Part shown: piece after piece, positions 62,801 through 64,000 of the stretch | Position numbering within the stretch: position 1 is the stretch's first letter | How the letters are laid out: the number at the start of each line of letters is the position of its first letter | Assembly: GCA_964270895.1 (NCBI GenBank) | Contig: OZ185436.1 | Source: Podarcis filfolensis | Taxonomy: Eukaryota | Direction: 5' to 3' (one strand) | Length of the DNA: 64,000 nucleotides | Position numbers and translations under genes: made by a program | The notes under the pieces: model-generated | Seen by the model: only the letters and a program-made list of their open reading frames with translations | What the model was told of the DNA's origin: nothing | Database searches by the model: none

Positions 62801-62806
62801 TTTATT
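62801..62806 (-). terminator. Poly(A) signal of an unseen minus-strand gene beyond the window (possibly RMND5B)
   Basis: Minus-strand AATAAA, CA about 15 nt later, then GU-rich TTGTGTATGGTTTTTGGTGTTG; gene identity inferred only from human NHP2-RMND5B tail-to-tail synteny. Confidence 0.5.
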
Positions 62807-64000
62807 TAGCTGTATTTCCATGCCATCCATCTCTATCCTGGGTTTAACAGTTCCTGGTGCCTTGGAGGAAGAAAAACTAAGAATACATGCAGTGTGGCAT
62901 CATAAAAGTATCTTTAAACGTCTCCCTCCAGGCTAGTGCAGATCTTCACATCCACTGTTATTCCAGACTGATACTCCAAACTACTGCATTTTTTTTAACA
63001 ACAACAAAAATCTAAAGTGCAACTTGTAGGCACCAACTCCTGCGCCTACAGCTTTAAACTATTTACCCTCACCGTTCTAATAAAAATGGGCTCAGCTTTC
63101 AAAGCTAAGTTCAGACTTCAAGCAACACAGATTTAAACTCTGCCAGTTGTTTTAATATTACTTTCGGGTCTCGTTCCAAGGGAGTTCAAATCTCTAAATC
63201 AGATTCAAGATCCCTGTTAATTATCCATACCCCCATTCTCCCATATTACAGAGCATTTTTAGGACCATTGCCTAAAATAGTTCACCTAGTCAGGTTCTGA
63301 TGTGTATCTGTAACCTTAATGAGTACTTGCAAATGCTGTGAATTGTCAGCAACAGGGGAAAGGATTACTTCAAATTTCTTGAATAAAATAGACTGTATAC
63401 CTACTTTTAAAGATGTCTCAATGATAGTTACTATTCTACCAGCTTTCTCAACCTGCACAAAGTCATGGTACTTTCTCCATTTTCTACTCCTTCACAATAG
63501 ATAAAGCAGCTTAGCTAGGCTTTCTAACACTCAAAAGCAGCAAGCTGCTATCATGTTCCTGTCATAAAGTATGAATTTCTTCAATACAGTGCCATCCCAG
63601 TTTTTCACTTGTGTTATTTTCATTAGGAAACAATACACCTTATTACTTATCCCTTGTTTTTTGAAGAGCTACACTGTGTATTAGTACACCGAGGGCCCAA
63701 ACTCCACCTTTGTTGATTCAAATATTTTCACCATTGCATTTCCAACCTATTTTAAACTTTTCTTCAAAATAGCAGTAAGCCAAGTTTCCAGCATACTTCT
63801 CCCAACTTAAATTCCATCCTTCCCATTGTCAAAAGCACATATTGGGCAGTGGGAAGAGAAAGGCAGCTCTAAGACTCCCCCCCCCCAACTGATGGATTGA
63901 AACAGAAAAAAAGACCTAGATTTATCTTGAAGTGTTCTAAAAATAGCAACAGCTCTCTGTGTACTATTTGTGATACAAGCTGTATCTCAACAAGTAGAGC

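Overview
Vertebrate genomic DNA from a squamate reptile. The Sauria SINE, L2, hAT and Tc1/mariner repeat content suggests a lacertid lizard, which is an inference. Four genes can be rebuilt exon by exon with intact frames. CDC23 (+) has 16 coding exons and 590 aa. KIF20A (-) has 18 coding exons and 892 aa, including one GC-AG intron. BRD8 (-) has a 941-aa one-bromodomain isoform plus six downstream exons encoding a second bromodomain. NHP2 (+) has 4 exons and 152 aa. A minus-strand poly(A) site near 62.8 kb probably marks the end of the next gene, possibly RMND5B. The rest is intronic or intergenic, with SINEs, L2 remnants, hAT and Tc1/mariner MITEs, a Penelope-type remnant carrying a degenerate hammerhead motif, and microsatellites. 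Most notable: (1) BRD8 shares a ~250-bp bidirectional promoter with NHP2, not with KIF20A as in human; (2) the BRD8 bromodomain-2 module is a phase-preserved internal duplication that starts at an ATG and could be a separate transcript; (3) back-to-back poly(A) signals suggest overlapping CDC23 and KIF20A 3' ends; (4) a hammerhead-bearing ~31-bp hairpin lies in BRD8 pre-mRNA. I see no clear evidence of a wholly new multi-gene system. Human and mouse comparisons are from recall and need database checks.
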